The notes under the pieces: model-generated | What the model saw: the letters and a program-made list of their open reading frames with translations, nothing else | Told to the model about the DNA's origin: nothing | Database searches by the model: none | DNA from: an uncultured delta proteobacterium | GTDB lineage: Bacteria; Myxococcota_A; UBA9160; SZUA-336 | DNA: 64,000 nt | NCBI GenBank assembly: GCA_963704165.1 | Contig: CAVPHD010000005.1 | Coordinates: 244,905 to 308,904 of the forward strand | Direction of reading: 5' to 3' | In this document: one piece after another, positions 47,019-64,000 of the stretch | How positions within the stretch are numbered: the stretch's first letter is position 1 | Layout of the letters: each line of letters starts with the position of its first letter | Translations under genes and position numbers: made by a program

Positions 47019-47245
47019 GAGGCCGAACCCGAGACCAGATCTCCGTTCACGCCACCGAAGTGCTCGAGCGGCTCCGCTTCGGTGCCCTTCACCGAGGCTT
47101 CGATCCGCGGCTGGAGTCGCTCGAAAGCCGCGACCGCCTCGTCGACGTCTTCGGGCAGCTTCGACAGGATCGTCGCCGCCGCGTCGTCCTGCCGGGTGAA
47201 CCGGCTGTCCCGAGCCAGTTCGTGGTGCTCGATGAAGCGCTTCAT
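47015..47245 (-). CDS. Small hypothetical protein (76 aa)
   Basis: GGAGG Shine-Dalgarno before ATG 47245 (MKRFIEHHELARDS...). Stop overlaps the ADH start (TTGA). Confidence 0.5.
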   Translation of the reverse strand: MKRFIEHHELARDSRFTRQDDAAATILSKLPEDVDEAVAAFERLQPRIEASVKGTEAEPLEHFGGVNGDLVSGSAS

Positions 47246-47387
47246 GGCGGGATCCTCCGAGTGGTCCGGCGGATCTTGGCCAATCGCGTCTCGAAACGTC
47301 AACGAATCGTTCGGCGCTCGAAACGAAGAAGGGCGGCGTACGCTCGCGCGCCCGCCGCCCTTCGGAGTCGATGACTCCGGTCGTCGG

Positions 47388-47798
47388 TCAGTATCTCCAC
47401 TTCGCGCCGTCGAAGCGGAAGATCTCCATGATCTCGACCTTCTCGACGACCTGCGGGGAGCTGGTCTTCGCGCCCTCGACCGTCGTTCCCGCCTTTTTGT
47501 AACGGACCTCGTTGTAGACGAGCGTGCCGACTCCGGGCGCGCCGGGCTTGGCGCGCGTCTGACACCGGATGGGCACCTTCTCGTAGCCGGTGTAGGCACC
47601 GACCATCTCCCCGCCGCTCGCTGCGTACTGGATTTTCTGCAGGTTCTGCTGCTCGCGGGCGGCGAGCTTGCTCATCCACTCCGCGCAGAAGCTGTCGAAG
47701 CTCTCCGCCGTGCTGATCGCCGGTGCAGCCAGGCAGATCGCACCCGCCACCCCGAGCACGTACAGCGCTCGCATACCGTTCTTGATCGATCGACGCAT
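47388..47798 (-). CDS. Secreted hypothetical protein
   Basis: GAAGG Shine-Dalgarno, signal peptide, two Cys in the mature part, ends MEIFRFDGAKWRY. Confidence 0.7.
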   Translation of the reverse strand: MRRSIKNGMRALYVLGVAGAICLAAPAISTAESFDSFCAEWMSKLAAREQQNLQKIQYAASGGEMVGAYTGYEKVPIRCQTRAKPGAPGVGTLVYNEVRYKKAGTTVEGAKTSSPQVVEKVEIMEIFRFDGAKWRY

Positions 47799-48040
47799 AT
47801 GCCTTCCATCGCCTCCCGGGTTCGAGGCCGCCCTCCGAGGCCAATGACTTCGATCGGAAACGGACGTCGCGGAGTGTAGCCCGGTGCACACGAAGCGAAT
47901 CGCCCGGAATTCTGCCCCTCGGCTTGCAAATCGCGCAAATCCGTTCATCATGCGGGAGAGTTGGCGCCAAGTGCACCAAAGTTGCGCGCGCGTGCGCGCG
48001 CGGGTCACGAAGAGGCAGCCATTCGGGAGGGTTCTGAATC

Positions 48041-48910
48041 ATGAAGCGAGTCGTCTCTCTGGCACTGGCCTGCGTCTTCGCGCTCGGCACGAGCGGATGC
48101 GCGACGATGAACGAGACCTTCGGAGATGCTGCACCGATCGCGTGCGGGATCGCGGGAGGTGCCGTGGGGGCCGTGGTCGGCGCGGTCGCGTCCAACTGGC
48201 GACATGATGAAGACCACCGCAGAGATCAGACCTCGGGCTATGCGATCGGCGCCGGCGCGGGAGCGGTGACGGGCGCATTGCTCTGCGCCCTGACGGCGGA
48301 AGAGGCGGTTCGGAATCCTCCGACGGTCCGGACGACCTGCACGCCGGGTTCGGGCGCGCCTCCGCTATCGGTGGAGTGCCGTTGCGTGGCGACGGCGGAG
48401 ATGGGGACGATCAAGGGCTTCGCGTGGGACTTCGGCGACGGCGGGACGTCGACGGAGCAGAACGCGAAGCACACGTACACGGCAGCGGGGAACTACACGG
48501 CGAAGTGCACCGCGACCGACAGCTACGACGTATCGGGTTCGGGAAGCTCGGCGGTGTCGGTGGCGTCGGTGAAGCGGACGATCGTGCTTCGCGGCATCAA
48601 CTTCGACTTCGACCGGGCGACGATCAAGCCGGAGTTCGAGGGTGTGCTGGACGCGGGCGTGGAAGCGTTGACGGAGAACTCGGGGGTCCGGGTGCAGGTC
48701 GCGGGGTACACGGACAGCGTGGGCACGGACGCGTACAACCAGGGGCTGTCGGAGCGCCGCGCGAACGCGGTGCGGGACTACCTGGCTTCGCACGGTATCG
48801 ACGCGTCGCGGTTGAGCGTGGTCGGGTTCGGCGAGGCCAGCCCGGTCGCGGACAACGCGACCGACGATGGCCGCGCCCAGAACCGCCGCGTCGAGCTCAA
48901 CATCCAGTGA
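48041..48910 (+). CDS. OmpA-family lipoprotein with glycine zipper and PKD domain
   Basis: Lipobox TSGC, GAVGAVVGA zipper, WDFGDG..HTY..GNY (PKD), INFDFD, GYTDSVG..YNQGLSERRA, NRRVE. Confidence 0.92.
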   Translation: MKRVVSLALACVFALGTSGCATMNETFGDAAPIACGIAGGAVGAVVGAVASNWRHDEDHRRDQTSGYAIGAGAGAVTGALLCALTAEEAVRNPPTVRTTCTPGSGAPPLSVECRCVATAEMGTIKGFAWDFGDGGTSTEQNAKHTYTAAGNYTAKCTATDSYDVSGSGSSAVSVASVKRTIVLRGINFDFDRATIKPEFEGVLDAGVEALTENSGVRVQVAGYTDSVGTDAYNQGLSERRANAVRDYLASHGIDASRLSVVGFGEASPVADNATDDGRAQNRRVELNIQ

Positions 48911-48921
48911 CGTGAACAACT

Positions 48922-48966
48922 CCTCGGACGCCCCTGCTCCTGCGACGGTAGGAGGGGCGTTCGAGG
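48922..48966. terminator. GC-rich stem-loop downstream of the OmpA-family gene
   Basis: CCTCGGACGCCCC..CTCCTGC pairs with GTAGGAGGGGCGTTCGAGG, with a bulge. No U-tract follows. Confidence 0.45.
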
Positions 48967-49021
48967 GCGTCGCGCCCGATCTCGGTGTAGTCGACCCCGG
49001 CCATCACCCGATAGGAACGGG

Positions 49022-50077
49022 GTGCTGATCCGCGGAACGCTCGAACGACTCGCGCTCGGGGTTGCGGCACTGGCGCTCGCCGCGTGTGCCGCGTTGCCCT
49101 GGCCGAGCGGGGAGATGCGCGCGACTCACCTCGTCGGCGACGACGGCTGGATCGACCTGCGCGGCGTCGTGCACGTGCACACGCGAGTCTCGCACGACAG
49201 TCACGGCTCGATCGGCGACGTCGTCGATGCAGCTCACGGGGCGGGTGTCGCCTGGGTCGCGTTCTCCGAGCACACGCGGAACTCCACCTACTCTCCCGCG
49301 CGCGGCGTGGTCGAGGGCGTGATCCTGATCCCCGGCTGGGAGGTCGGCGTGCTCGGTGGATCGATGCTCGCGCTCGGGATCTCGGACCCGGCCCGCCTGC
49401 CGCGCACTCCGCGCGCACTCGTTCAGGCGATCCACGCACGCGGTGGCGCCGCGTTCGTCGGGCACATCGAGCGCTCGTCTCTCATGGACCCGGCGCGATT
49501 CCGCGCGGCGGCCCCGGACGGGGTCGAGATCGCGAACCTGCACGCGCGGGCCGGCGAGGTTCGGCTGCGGCTCGCGCTCGGTCATCTTCTGCTTCCCGCG
49601 CGGCTCGCGCTGCGCCCGCTTCTGGCACCGACGAACGGAAATCTCGAGCGCTGGTCGCGTCTGCCGGGGGCGCGCGCGATCGTCGGCAGCGTCGATGCGC
49701 ACGCGAAGTTCCGGGCGCTCGGCCCGCTCGGCGGAACCTTCGATCGCTACCGGGACACGTTCCGTCTGCTGACGACCCACGTTCTCGTGCGCGAGCGCAG
49801 CGCGGAGGCGATCCTCGCGGCGCTGCGCGAAGGACGGAGCTACGTCGCCTTCGAGGGACTCGCGAAAGTCGATCGCTTCGAGGTCTCGCGCGAGGGGTCC
49901 GACGTCCGGGTGCGAGCCCCTCGGGCGGCCCGCATCGCGCTCGTCTGCGACGGCGAGGTCGCGAGCGAGGCCGAAGGGATCGAGGCTCGGCTCCCCGCGG
50001 GCGAGAACACGAATCGGTGTCACGTCGAGGCGTGGCTCGGCGATCGGCTGTGGATCGTGACGAGCCGTCTAGGCTGA
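49022..50077 (+). CDS. PHP-domain metallohydrolase, probable lipoprotein
   Basis: LAAC lipobox, GVVHVHTRVSHDS, SEH, GWE, VGH, GVEIAN, GSVDAH. Confidence 0.75.
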   Translation: MLIRGTLERLALGVAALALAACAALPWPSGEMRATHLVGDDGWIDLRGVVHVHTRVSHDSHGSIGDVVDAAHGAGVAWVAFSEHTRNSTYSPARGVVEGVILIPGWEVGVLGGSMLALGISDPARLPRTPRALVQAIHARGGAAFVGHIERSSLMDPARFRAAAPDGVEIANLHARAGEVRLRLALGHLLLPARLALRPLLAPTNGNLERWSRLPGARAIVGSVDAHAKFRALGPLGGTFDRYRDTFRLLTTHVLVRERSAEAILAALREGRSYVAFEGLAKVDRFEVSREGSDVRVRAPRAARIALVCDGEVASEAEGIEARLPAGENTNRCHVEAWLGDRLWIVTSRLG

Positions 50078-50410
50078 GTGATCGTGCCCGGCAGGCCGGG
50101 ACGCGAGCACCTGCTCGCGCTCCTCGAGTTCCGCCGCACCAAGCCATCCCTTCTGCTCGAGCAGCTTCTCGAGAGCTGCCCGAAAGCGCTCGTAGTAGTT
50201 CCAGGTCGCCGCGGGCGCTCCGCTCTGCTCCCACTCCGCGATCTCGGCGATCAATCGGACGCGGAACTCGTCCCAGTCGAAGAGCTCGCGCTCTCGCAGG
50301 GCTGCAGCCAGGCCGAAGACGCGGCTCTCCCAGGGCGAGGCGAAGACGAATTCGCCGTTCAGCCGCGGAGGCCCGAGCGGATCGTCGGCTTTGAAGAAGG
50401 GCTCGGTCAT
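50069..50410 (-). CDS. Nitrile hydratase accessory protein (P14K/NhlE-like)
   Basis: [36 protein letters not shown], His-containing tail. Confidence 0.88.
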   Translation of the reverse strand: MTEPFFKADDPLGPPRLNGEFVFASPWESRVFGLAAALRERELFDWDEFRVRLIAEIAEWEQSGAPAATWNYYERFRAALEKLLEQKGWLGAAELEEREQVLASRPAGHDHSA

Positions 50411-51036
50411 CGTTCCGGCTCCCGCGCCTTCGCGACGCCGATCATCGCGTCGCGCGTCACGACACCGGCGAGCTCGGCCTCGTCGAGGCCCGCAGCCCCG
50501 GGCGGACGTTCCGGCAGCACCATGTACCGCACCTCGGAGCTCGAGTCCCAGACGCGGATCTCCACGCTCTCGGGAAGGTCGAGTCCCATCTCGGACAGCA
50601 CCACCCGAGGTTCGCGCACGATGCGCGAGCGATACGCGGGGCTCTTGTACCAGGCGGGTGGTAGCCCGAGGACCGGCCACGGGTAGCAGGAGCAGAGCGT
50701 ACACACGACGACGTTGTGCACGTGCGCGGAGTTCTCGACGACGACCAGGTGCTCACCCTGGGCCCCGCCGAAGCCGAGCTCGGCGACGGCCGCGGTCGCG
50801 TTCTCGAGCAGCCGGCGCTTGTACCCGGGATCGGTCCACGCGCGCGCGACCACGCGCGCGCCGTTCATCGGCCCGACGTCCTCCGCGTAGTGCCGGATGA
50901 TCGCATCGACGGCCGCGGGTTCGAGAAGCCCTTTCTCGGTCAGGATCGTTTCGAGCGCCTCGACACGAAGCGCGTTCCGCCGCGTCGGATCCTCGTGATC
51001 GTGATCGTGATCGTGATCGTGATCGTGATCAGACAT
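50407..51036 (-). CDS. nthA: Nitrile hydratase alpha subunit, cobalt type
   Basis: [45 protein letters not shown]. Confidence 0.96.
   Translation of the reverse strand: MSDHDHDHDHDHDHEDPTRRNALRVEALETILTEKGLLEPAAVDAIIRHYAEDVGPMNGARVVARAWTDPGYKRRLLENATAAVAELGFGGAQGEHLVVVENSAHVHNVVVCTLCSCYPWPVLGLPPAWYKSPAYRSRIVREPRVVLSEMGLDLPESVEIRVWDSSSEVRYMVLPERPPGAAGLDEAELAGVVTRDAMIGVAKAREPER
50995..51030 (-). repeat. (GATCAC)6 tandem repeat encoding (Asp-His)6
   Basis: Six exact GTGATC copies on the + strand. Confidence 0.95.
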
Positions 51037-51625
51037 CGCGTGGCTCCGGCTCGAGATAGCTCTCGAAGAGATCGACGTGCACGGCCGTGTTCCGCTCGGC
51101 CGCTTCTCCGAAGAGCGTGACGGCATCGAAGCGGACCGCATAGACCCACTGCGGGTTCTCGCCGCGTCCATCGGCGTTCGTGTCGGGAAACACGAAGGAC
51201 GGGTGCACGCGCGCGATCGTTCCGGACTTCCCGCGCGCGTAGCCGGGCAGGCGCGTGTGTCCGCGCGGCTGCAGGTTCCGCGTCCTCACGGCGGCGCCGA
51301 CCGCGAAGCGCGGAGCCGACGCGATCGGCCGAAGCGTGCCGCGCGTCGTGTCTTCGAGGCGATCGCCGCGCTGCTCCAGCTCCTTGACCAGGAGTTCGAG
51401 TGCGCCGAGCCAGCGTCCGTAGTATCCGGCGGTCAGATACTCGACCGGATCGAGCCGTTCGATCGCGTGCCGGAAGCGGTCGGTGTTCGCGATTCCCGCA
51501 CCGAGCGCGAGCGACGCAACCCCGAAGACGCGCCCCTCCCACGCGGCATGGAATACCGGCTCGTCGGACTCGACTTCGATCTCGCCGAATCCGTGCATTC
51601 CACCCAGGTCGTGAATCCCATTCAC
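51029..51625 (-). CDS. nthB: Nitrile hydratase beta subunit
   Basis: [51 protein letters not shown]. Confidence 0.93.
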   Translation of the reverse strand: MNGIHDLGGMHGFGEIEVESDEPVFHAAWEGRVFGVASLALGAGIANTDRFRHAIERLDPVEYLTAGYYGRWLGALELLVKELEQRGDRLEDTTRGTLRPIASAPRFAVGAAVRTRNLQPRGHTRLPGYARGKSGTIARVHPSFVFPDTNADGRGENPQWVYAVRFDAVTLFGEAAERNTAVHVDLFESYLEPEPRDV

Positions 51626-51686
51626 GCCGCGAGTATAGGCCGAGCCGGTGGGGGCGAGCGCATTAGGTTTTTGCTCTAATCCGCGC

Positions 51687-52517
51687 ATGACCGAGACCGA
51701 GCCCGCGTTGCGCTTCGACGATCTCGAGCAGTACCTGCTGCTGAAGAACGGGAACTACCTGTACAAGGTGCCCTACAAGGGCGGCCTTGCCGTCTTGAAG
51801 GTGTATTACGGAAGTCTTCCGATGTGGCGGTACCGCTGGAAGAGCGCGGGAAATCTCCTGGTCGCCAATCAGACGGCCGTCATGCCCTGGTCGCGGAAAG
51901 CCACCGAGCTCGACTGCATTCGGCTCTGGCGCGAGGCGGGATTTCGCGTCTTCGACGTGTACTACGACCGCGTCGAGGGGCTTCCTCCGGACGGCTATGC
52001 GCTCTTCGAGTTCGTCGATGCTCCGCGTTTCGTGAACTACTTCGCCGATCGGACGATCCCGCTCGCGACGCGACTCGAGACCTGGCGCCGGTTCCTGCCC
52101 GTCTGGCACCGGCGCCATCGACTCGCGGTGGATCGCCGCGAGCCTCGCTTCGTGCACGAGAACGGCGATCTGAAGCACGTGATGATCGTCGGAGACGAGT
52201 TCCTGTTCTTCGACTTCGAGACCTGCTTCCGCTCGCGCGACCGGGTCAAGGAGATCGTGGCGCGCGAGATCCTCTGTTACCTGAAGTCGATGGCGCGCAC
52301 CGTGAAGGACGAGTTCGACACCTTTCTCGAGGAGACCGTCGCCCACTATCCCGGGCGCGATCTGCTTGCGTACACGCACGAGTTCGCGTTCGCCGATCCG
52401 AATCCGCTGGTGCGCTTCGGCCGCAAGCTCGATCTCGTCTTTCGCGAGCGCGCACAGAAGTCCTCGTCGAAGTACCGGATCGCCGCGCGCCTGGACGGGA
52501 TGCTCGGCCGCGGATGA
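51687..52517 (+). CDS. Atypical kinase-fold protein (Kdo/WaaP/RIO-like), paralog 1
   Basis: AVLKVY, ELDCIRLW, FEFVD, FVHENGDLKHVMI, FFDFE. Confidence 0.6.
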   Translation: MTETEPALRFDDLEQYLLLKNGNYLYKVPYKGGLAVLKVYYGSLPMWRYRWKSAGNLLVANQTAVMPWSRKATELDCIRLWREAGFRVFDVYYDRVEGLPPDGYALFEFVDAPRFVNYFADRTIPLATRLETWRRFLPVWHRRHRLAVDRREPRFVHENGDLKHVMIVGDEFLFFDFETCFRSRDRVKEIVAREILCYLKSMARTVKDEFDTFLEETVAHYPGRDLLAYTHEFAFADPNPLVRFGRKLDLVFRERAQKSSSKYRIAARLDGMLGRG

Positions 52518-53377
52518 GCGCGAGCGTCGGCGCGCCGATCCGCGTCGCCGGCCTCGACGGGCGCCTGCTCGCGATTTCGGATCGGGGCGACGGCCGACAC
52601 CAGGTGGTTTCGGCACGGATTGGCGGCCGGCCGGTCGTCGTGAAGCTCTACGGGCGAAAACGCCCGCGCCTGCCGACGGCGGCGCGTGCGTTCGGCCACC
52701 GATTTCTCGTCGCGAAGACCGGGCTTTCCGCACGAACTCGGCGCGACACCGAAGCACGGCTTCTCCGGCTGTGGCGCGAGCACGGGTTTGCCGCGCCGGC
52801 GGTGCTCGACGTTCCACTCCCGGAGCCGGACGAGCGGCCGTACCTCGTGCTCGAGCAGATCGACGGGCCGACGGTGCACGCCGAGCTCCGCGACGCGTCG
52901 ATCCCGATCGAGCGGCTCGAATCGGGAATGACGCGGTTCGGCGCCGAGTGGTGCCGCCGGCACGCGCTCGCCGAGCGCCTCCGGGAGCCGGGACTCGTCC
53001 ACGCACATCCCGGGTTCGCGCACCTGCTCGACCGCGCCGGTGAATGGGTCGCATTCGACTTCGAGTACGCCTACACCGATCCGCGACGCGTCGGGGCGAT
53101 CGTCTCGGTCGAGATCGCGGGCTTCGTGGCGTCGCTACTGCGCTCCGCCGGCCCCCGCGCGCAGCGGCTGCTGCGCGCGCTGGTCGCCGCCTATCCCGAC
53201 CACGACCGCCTCTCGCGAGTCGGAAGCTCCGCGATGGTCGGCCGCTTTCCGGCGATCGACGCGCTCAGCTCCGTGATTCCCGGCCTCCGCACGCGCGGTC
53301 CGGGAAAGCTGCGCGCGAGCGTGCGCGCGCTCGCGGATGCGCTCGCAGAGGTCTCGCGCGACGCGCGCCCGAGCTAG
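52514..53377 (+). CDS. Atypical kinase-fold protein, paralog 2
   Basis: VVVKLY, EARLLRLW, LEQIDG, LVHAHPGFAHLL, AFDFE. ATGA overlap with paralog 1. Confidence 0.6.
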   Translation: MSASVGAPIRVAGLDGRLLAISDRGDGRHQVVSARIGGRPVVVKLYGRKRPRLPTAARAFGHRFLVAKTGLSARTRRDTEARLLRLWREHGFAAPAVLDVPLPEPDERPYLVLEQIDGPTVHAELRDASIPIERLESGMTRFGAEWCRRHALAERLREPGLVHAHPGFAHLLDRAGEWVAFDFEYAYTDPRRVGAIVSVEIAGFVASLLRSAGPRAQRLLRALVAAYPDHDRLSRVGSSAMVGRFPAIDALSSVIPGLRTRGPGKLRASVRALADALAEVSRDARPS

Positions 53378-53393
53378 GAGGACGGCGGAGATC

Positions 53394-54404
53394 TCAGCGT
53401 CCCTGCCAGCCGTGAGCCGCGCTTCGCGCGAGTCTGAACCCCGTGGGACCTGCGAACGCGGTGCCGTGGCGACGGTCGCAGCGGGTCAGATCCCCGTCGA
53501 GAGTCCAGGCTCCACCGCGTGTCATCCGGTAGCTCCCGTAGTCCGGGTCCCGGAACTCGGAACCCGGGTAGGGCCGGTACAGATCGGCGACGAACTCCTC
53601 GACGTTGCCCGCGAAGTCGAGTGCACCGCATGCAGCGGCGCCGTCGGGATAAACACCGACCGGTGTCGTTCCGCCGATGCCGCCTTCGCGCGTGTTGCAG
53701 CGCGTTGCGGAGAACACGTCGCCCCACGGATGAGCTCGGGTCTCGGTCCCGCGCGCCGCTCGTTCCCACTCGGGCTCGGTCGGCACGCGGAGGTTCGTCC
53801 CCGTTCGCTCCGAGATCCACTCCGTGTACAGGAGGATGGCCTGCCACGAGATGCCGTGTACGGGGTGATTCTCCCGACCACGGGCAGGCCCGCGACTCGA
53901 CCAGTGGTCGGGCACTTCGTCGACGCCCGTCTCCGCGAGAAAGCGCGCCCATTCGGACTGAGTCACGGGGAGAGCGGCGATCTCGAACGCGTCGAGCTCG
54001 ACCTGGTGCCGCGGCGTCGATTTCGCAAACCAGGCTTCGGGAATGCCCCAGCGCATCGCGAGCGCGGCGACTTCGGATTCCTCCGTTCCCATCCAGAACG
54101 TGCCTGCGGGTATCCGGCACATTCGCGGCGAGAGATCCCCGATGCGCGGATCGCCGATCAGGCCGAGCACGGTTCCCGCGGAGATGCGCTCCTGAAGCGG
54201 TCGCGCGGCATCGGCGATGTGCGCGATCAGCGGCTCGCGCAGACGTTCGCAGGCGGCGGAACCCAGGCCGGCGATCCCGGCCTCGATCGAGGGGAGATGA
54301 TTCGAGAGCAGGTTCGGGTCGAGCTCGTCCACCGCGCGCAAAGTCCGGCATCGGAACGCACGGCGCAAGCGCGTTGGCTTGACGCGCGTCACTCTCGATG
54401 GCAT
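53394..54404 (-). CDS. Formylglycine-generating enzyme (SUMF1/FGE-sulfatase) domain protein
   Basis: IPAGTFWMG, PVT, HPVHGISW, RVPTEPEWERAARG, HPWG, DFAGNVEE, RGGAW, GFRLA. Start uncertain. Confidence 0.85.
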   Translation of the reverse strand: MPSRVTRVKPTRLRRAFRCRTLRAVDELDPNLLSNHLPSIEAGIAGLGSAACERLREPLIAHIADAARPLQERISAGTVLGLIGDPRIGDLSPRMCRIPAGTFWMGTEESEVAALAMRWGIPEAWFAKSTPRHQVELDAFEIAALPVTQSEWARFLAETGVDEVPDHWSSRGPARGRENHPVHGISWQAILLYTEWISERTGTNLRVPTEPEWERAARGTETRAHPWGDVFSATRCNTREGGIGGTTPVGVYPDGAAACGALDFAGNVEEFVADLYRPYPGSEFRDPDYGSYRMTRGGAWTLDGDLTRCDRRHGTAFAGPTGFRLARSAAHGWQGR

Positions 54405-55034
54405 CGCACAGCGAAGGGGGAGATGTGCGCGTAGCCGGGTTCAGATCCGACGGATTCCGCCGCGTCGCCCTCGCGGCCGCTGCCTCGTTGTTCTGCGCGT
54501 ACGGCTACGGTCAGGAGCAGGATCCGTTCATCGGGGCCTGGAAGCTCGTGGCGTCGGAGGCGAATCAGGGACGCTGGGACCAGGCGACCGCGGCGGCTCC
54601 GGACCTCGACGCCGGACTCGCGGAGGTCGAGGACAGCTTCGGTTGGCCGCTTCGCGCCGAGATCCGATCCGCGCTCGTCTCCCACGACGCGCGCACGCTC
54701 GCCCGCGCGCTGACGGTCGCCGCCTGTGGTGCCGTTCTCCGGAAGCTCGACGCGTCCGCGCGCGAGGGATTGACCGACTACTACCGGGCGAAGTACCGGA
54801 TCGAGGCGGCGCGCACGACCTACTCCGAGCTGCTCGCGCCACCTTTGCGACACCAGGACGCGACACGTCACGGGCATTCGCACGACGCCGTCTGGGACGG
54901 GCTCGCGCGAGCGCAGACGGCCCTCGGTCGCCCCGGCTTTCTCGGCCGCGGGCAGGTCGCGCCCGATCGAGCCGCCTACTCGGCTGCAGAACGCGAGATC
55001 GAATCCGCACTGCGAGCCGCCTTTCCGTTCGTAC
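54398..55034 (+). CDS. Secreted alpha-helical hypothetical protein, 3' end lost at the junction
   Basis: Signal-like RRVALAAAASLFCAYGYG, helical body ending EIESALRAAFPFV. The sequence beyond about 55034 belongs to rplJ in another frame. Confidence 0.55.
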
Positions 55035-55463
55035 AACGATGTCAACGTCCTTCGCTCGGAAGTCCGAAACACCGAGGCTACCTACAGGGTGGTCAAGAAC
55101 TCGGTGGCCAGGTTGGCGATCGCGGGGACCGACAAGGAGGCGATCGCGCCGTATCTGGTCGGGCCCAAGGTGCTCGCCTACACAACCGGTGACGGCGTTG
55201 CGCTCGCCAAGGTGCTCAAGACCTTCATCAAGAAGCACCCCGAGCTGAGTTTTGAAAAAGCCTTTCTCGAGGGCCAGGTCCTCGAGGGAGTGGAAGCCGA
55301 AAAGATCGCCGATCTGCCGTCGCGCGAAGAACTGGTGGCCAAGCTGCTGATGCTGCTGCAGTCGCCGATCCGTCGCCTGGCCGTAGCTTTGAACGCGCCG
55401 CTGCAGCATCTCGCGAGCGTGCTGGCGCAAATTGCCGAACAAAAAGAAGATCAAGAATCCTAA
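55035..55463 (+). CDS. rplJ: 50S ribosomal protein L10, 5'-truncated
   Basis: NDVNVLRSEVRNTEATYRVVKNSVARLA..LVGP..IADLPSREELVAKLL. The conserved N-terminal third is absent. Confidence 0.92.
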   Translation, partial: NDVNVLRSEVRNTEATYRVVKNSVARLAIAGTDKEAIAPYLVGPKVLAYTTGDGVALAKVLKTFIKKHPELSFEKAFLEGQVLEGVEAEKIADLPSREELVAKLLMLLQSPIRRLAVALNAPLQHLASVLAQIAEQKEDQES

Positions 55464-55478
55464 GGAGGATCAGAGACG

Positions 55479-55857
55479 ATGGCTCAGACAGAGAAATTGA
55501 TGGAGCAGATCAAAGAGATGACCGTGCTTGAGCTCAACGAGCTCGTCAAGGCTCTCGAAGACGAATTCGGTGTCTCCGCGGCGGCCGCCAGGCCCCCATG
55601 ACGACGGCGGCAGCCCCCGGCGCAGCTGCCGAGGCGGTCGAAGAGCAGACCGAGTTCGACGTCATCTTGAACTCAATTGGTGACAAGAAGATCAATGTCA
55701 TCAAGGTGGTTCGAGAGGTGACGTCGCTTGGCCTGAAAGAGGCGAAGGACCTCGTCGAAGCGCCCCGACCAAGGTCAAAGAAGGCATCAACAAAGCCGAG
55801 GCCGAAGAGGTCAAGAAGAAGTTCGAAGAGGCCGGCGCTCAGATGGAGATCAAGTAA
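55479..55857 (+). CDS. rplL: 50S ribosomal protein L7/L12 (frameshifts at about 55590 and 55760)
   Basis: TAAGGAGG Shine-Dalgarno, [63 protein letters not shown]. Confidence 0.95.
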
Positions 55858-55959
55858 CGCAGAACGCGACTTTCGGTTTCCGGCTGCTAGAAGCCATAAC
55901 TTGAAGATACGGGGAGGGGTGCGTCTCCCCGTGTCGCCATTTGTCGAAAGGGTACGTTC

Positions 55960-60230
<4,271 letters not shown>

Positions 60231-60245
60231 AGAGGGGGTTGGATC

Positions 60246-63910
<3,665 letters not shown>

Positions 63911-64000
63911 ATATGGGGCCAAGAGCGATGTCTTCCGGTCGCCGAGAAGTAGAGCCTTTTCAATGGCTTCGAATCCGGCCGCCCGTATGGGCGGTTGCCT

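Noticed and set aside
47950..47990. Possible sigma54 promoter upstream of the OmpA-family gene
   Set aside because: The GG and GC dinucleotides are not at the required -24/-12 spacing.
50995..51030. Short tandem repeats (also 3400-3540) as a CRISPR array
   Set aside because: They are in-frame coding repeats without unique spacers, and no cas genes are present.
51661..51680. ATTAG...CTAAT inverted repeat between nthB and the kinase-like gene as a fifth KstR-type box
   Set aside because: It lacks the AAC/GTT core and has the wrong spacing.
53394..54404. FGE/CLec-fold protein (and the C-type lectin at 10977) as diversity-generating retroelement targets
   Set aside because: No reverse transcriptase and no template/variable repeat pair was seen in the window.

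Overview
The window appears to join two different sources. Bases 1 to about 55034 come from a very GC-rich diderm bacterium (TonB receptor, type IV pilus ATPases, PEP-CTERM protein, F420-type LLM enzymes; Myxococcota/Binatia-like by gene content, which is inference). This part is densely coding. Highlights: (i) a DsbA/FrnE-family selenoprotein missed by the ORF track, with a U-P-W-C motif and a bacterial SECIS hairpin; (ii) an actinobacterial-style sterol side-chain degradation set (CYP125-like P450, EchA19-like hydratase, FadE26/FadE27-like ACAD pair) plus a Reeler/LLM/acyl-CoA ligase operon, all preceded by KstR-type TnnAACnnGTTnnA palindromes that overlap the -10 box in four near-identical promoters; (iii) a DUF2946-like CxxC...RAPP leader ORF ahead of a porin plus Zn/Mn ABC transporter operon; (iv) an MshEN-PilT fusion; (v) a SixA-Ppx fusion next to ppk1; (vi) a Co-type nitrile hydratase operon; (vii) many apparently leaderless genes. 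At about 55035 the sequence switches abruptly into the middle of rplJ, followed by rplL-rpoB-rpoC of an Acidobacteria-like organism, and rpoC breaks off at about 63911. Both breaks are probable chimeric junctions. About 15 single-base frameshifts, including several in essential genes, point to long-read indel errors rather than pseudogenes. No rRNA, tRNA, CRISPR array or mobile element was seen.
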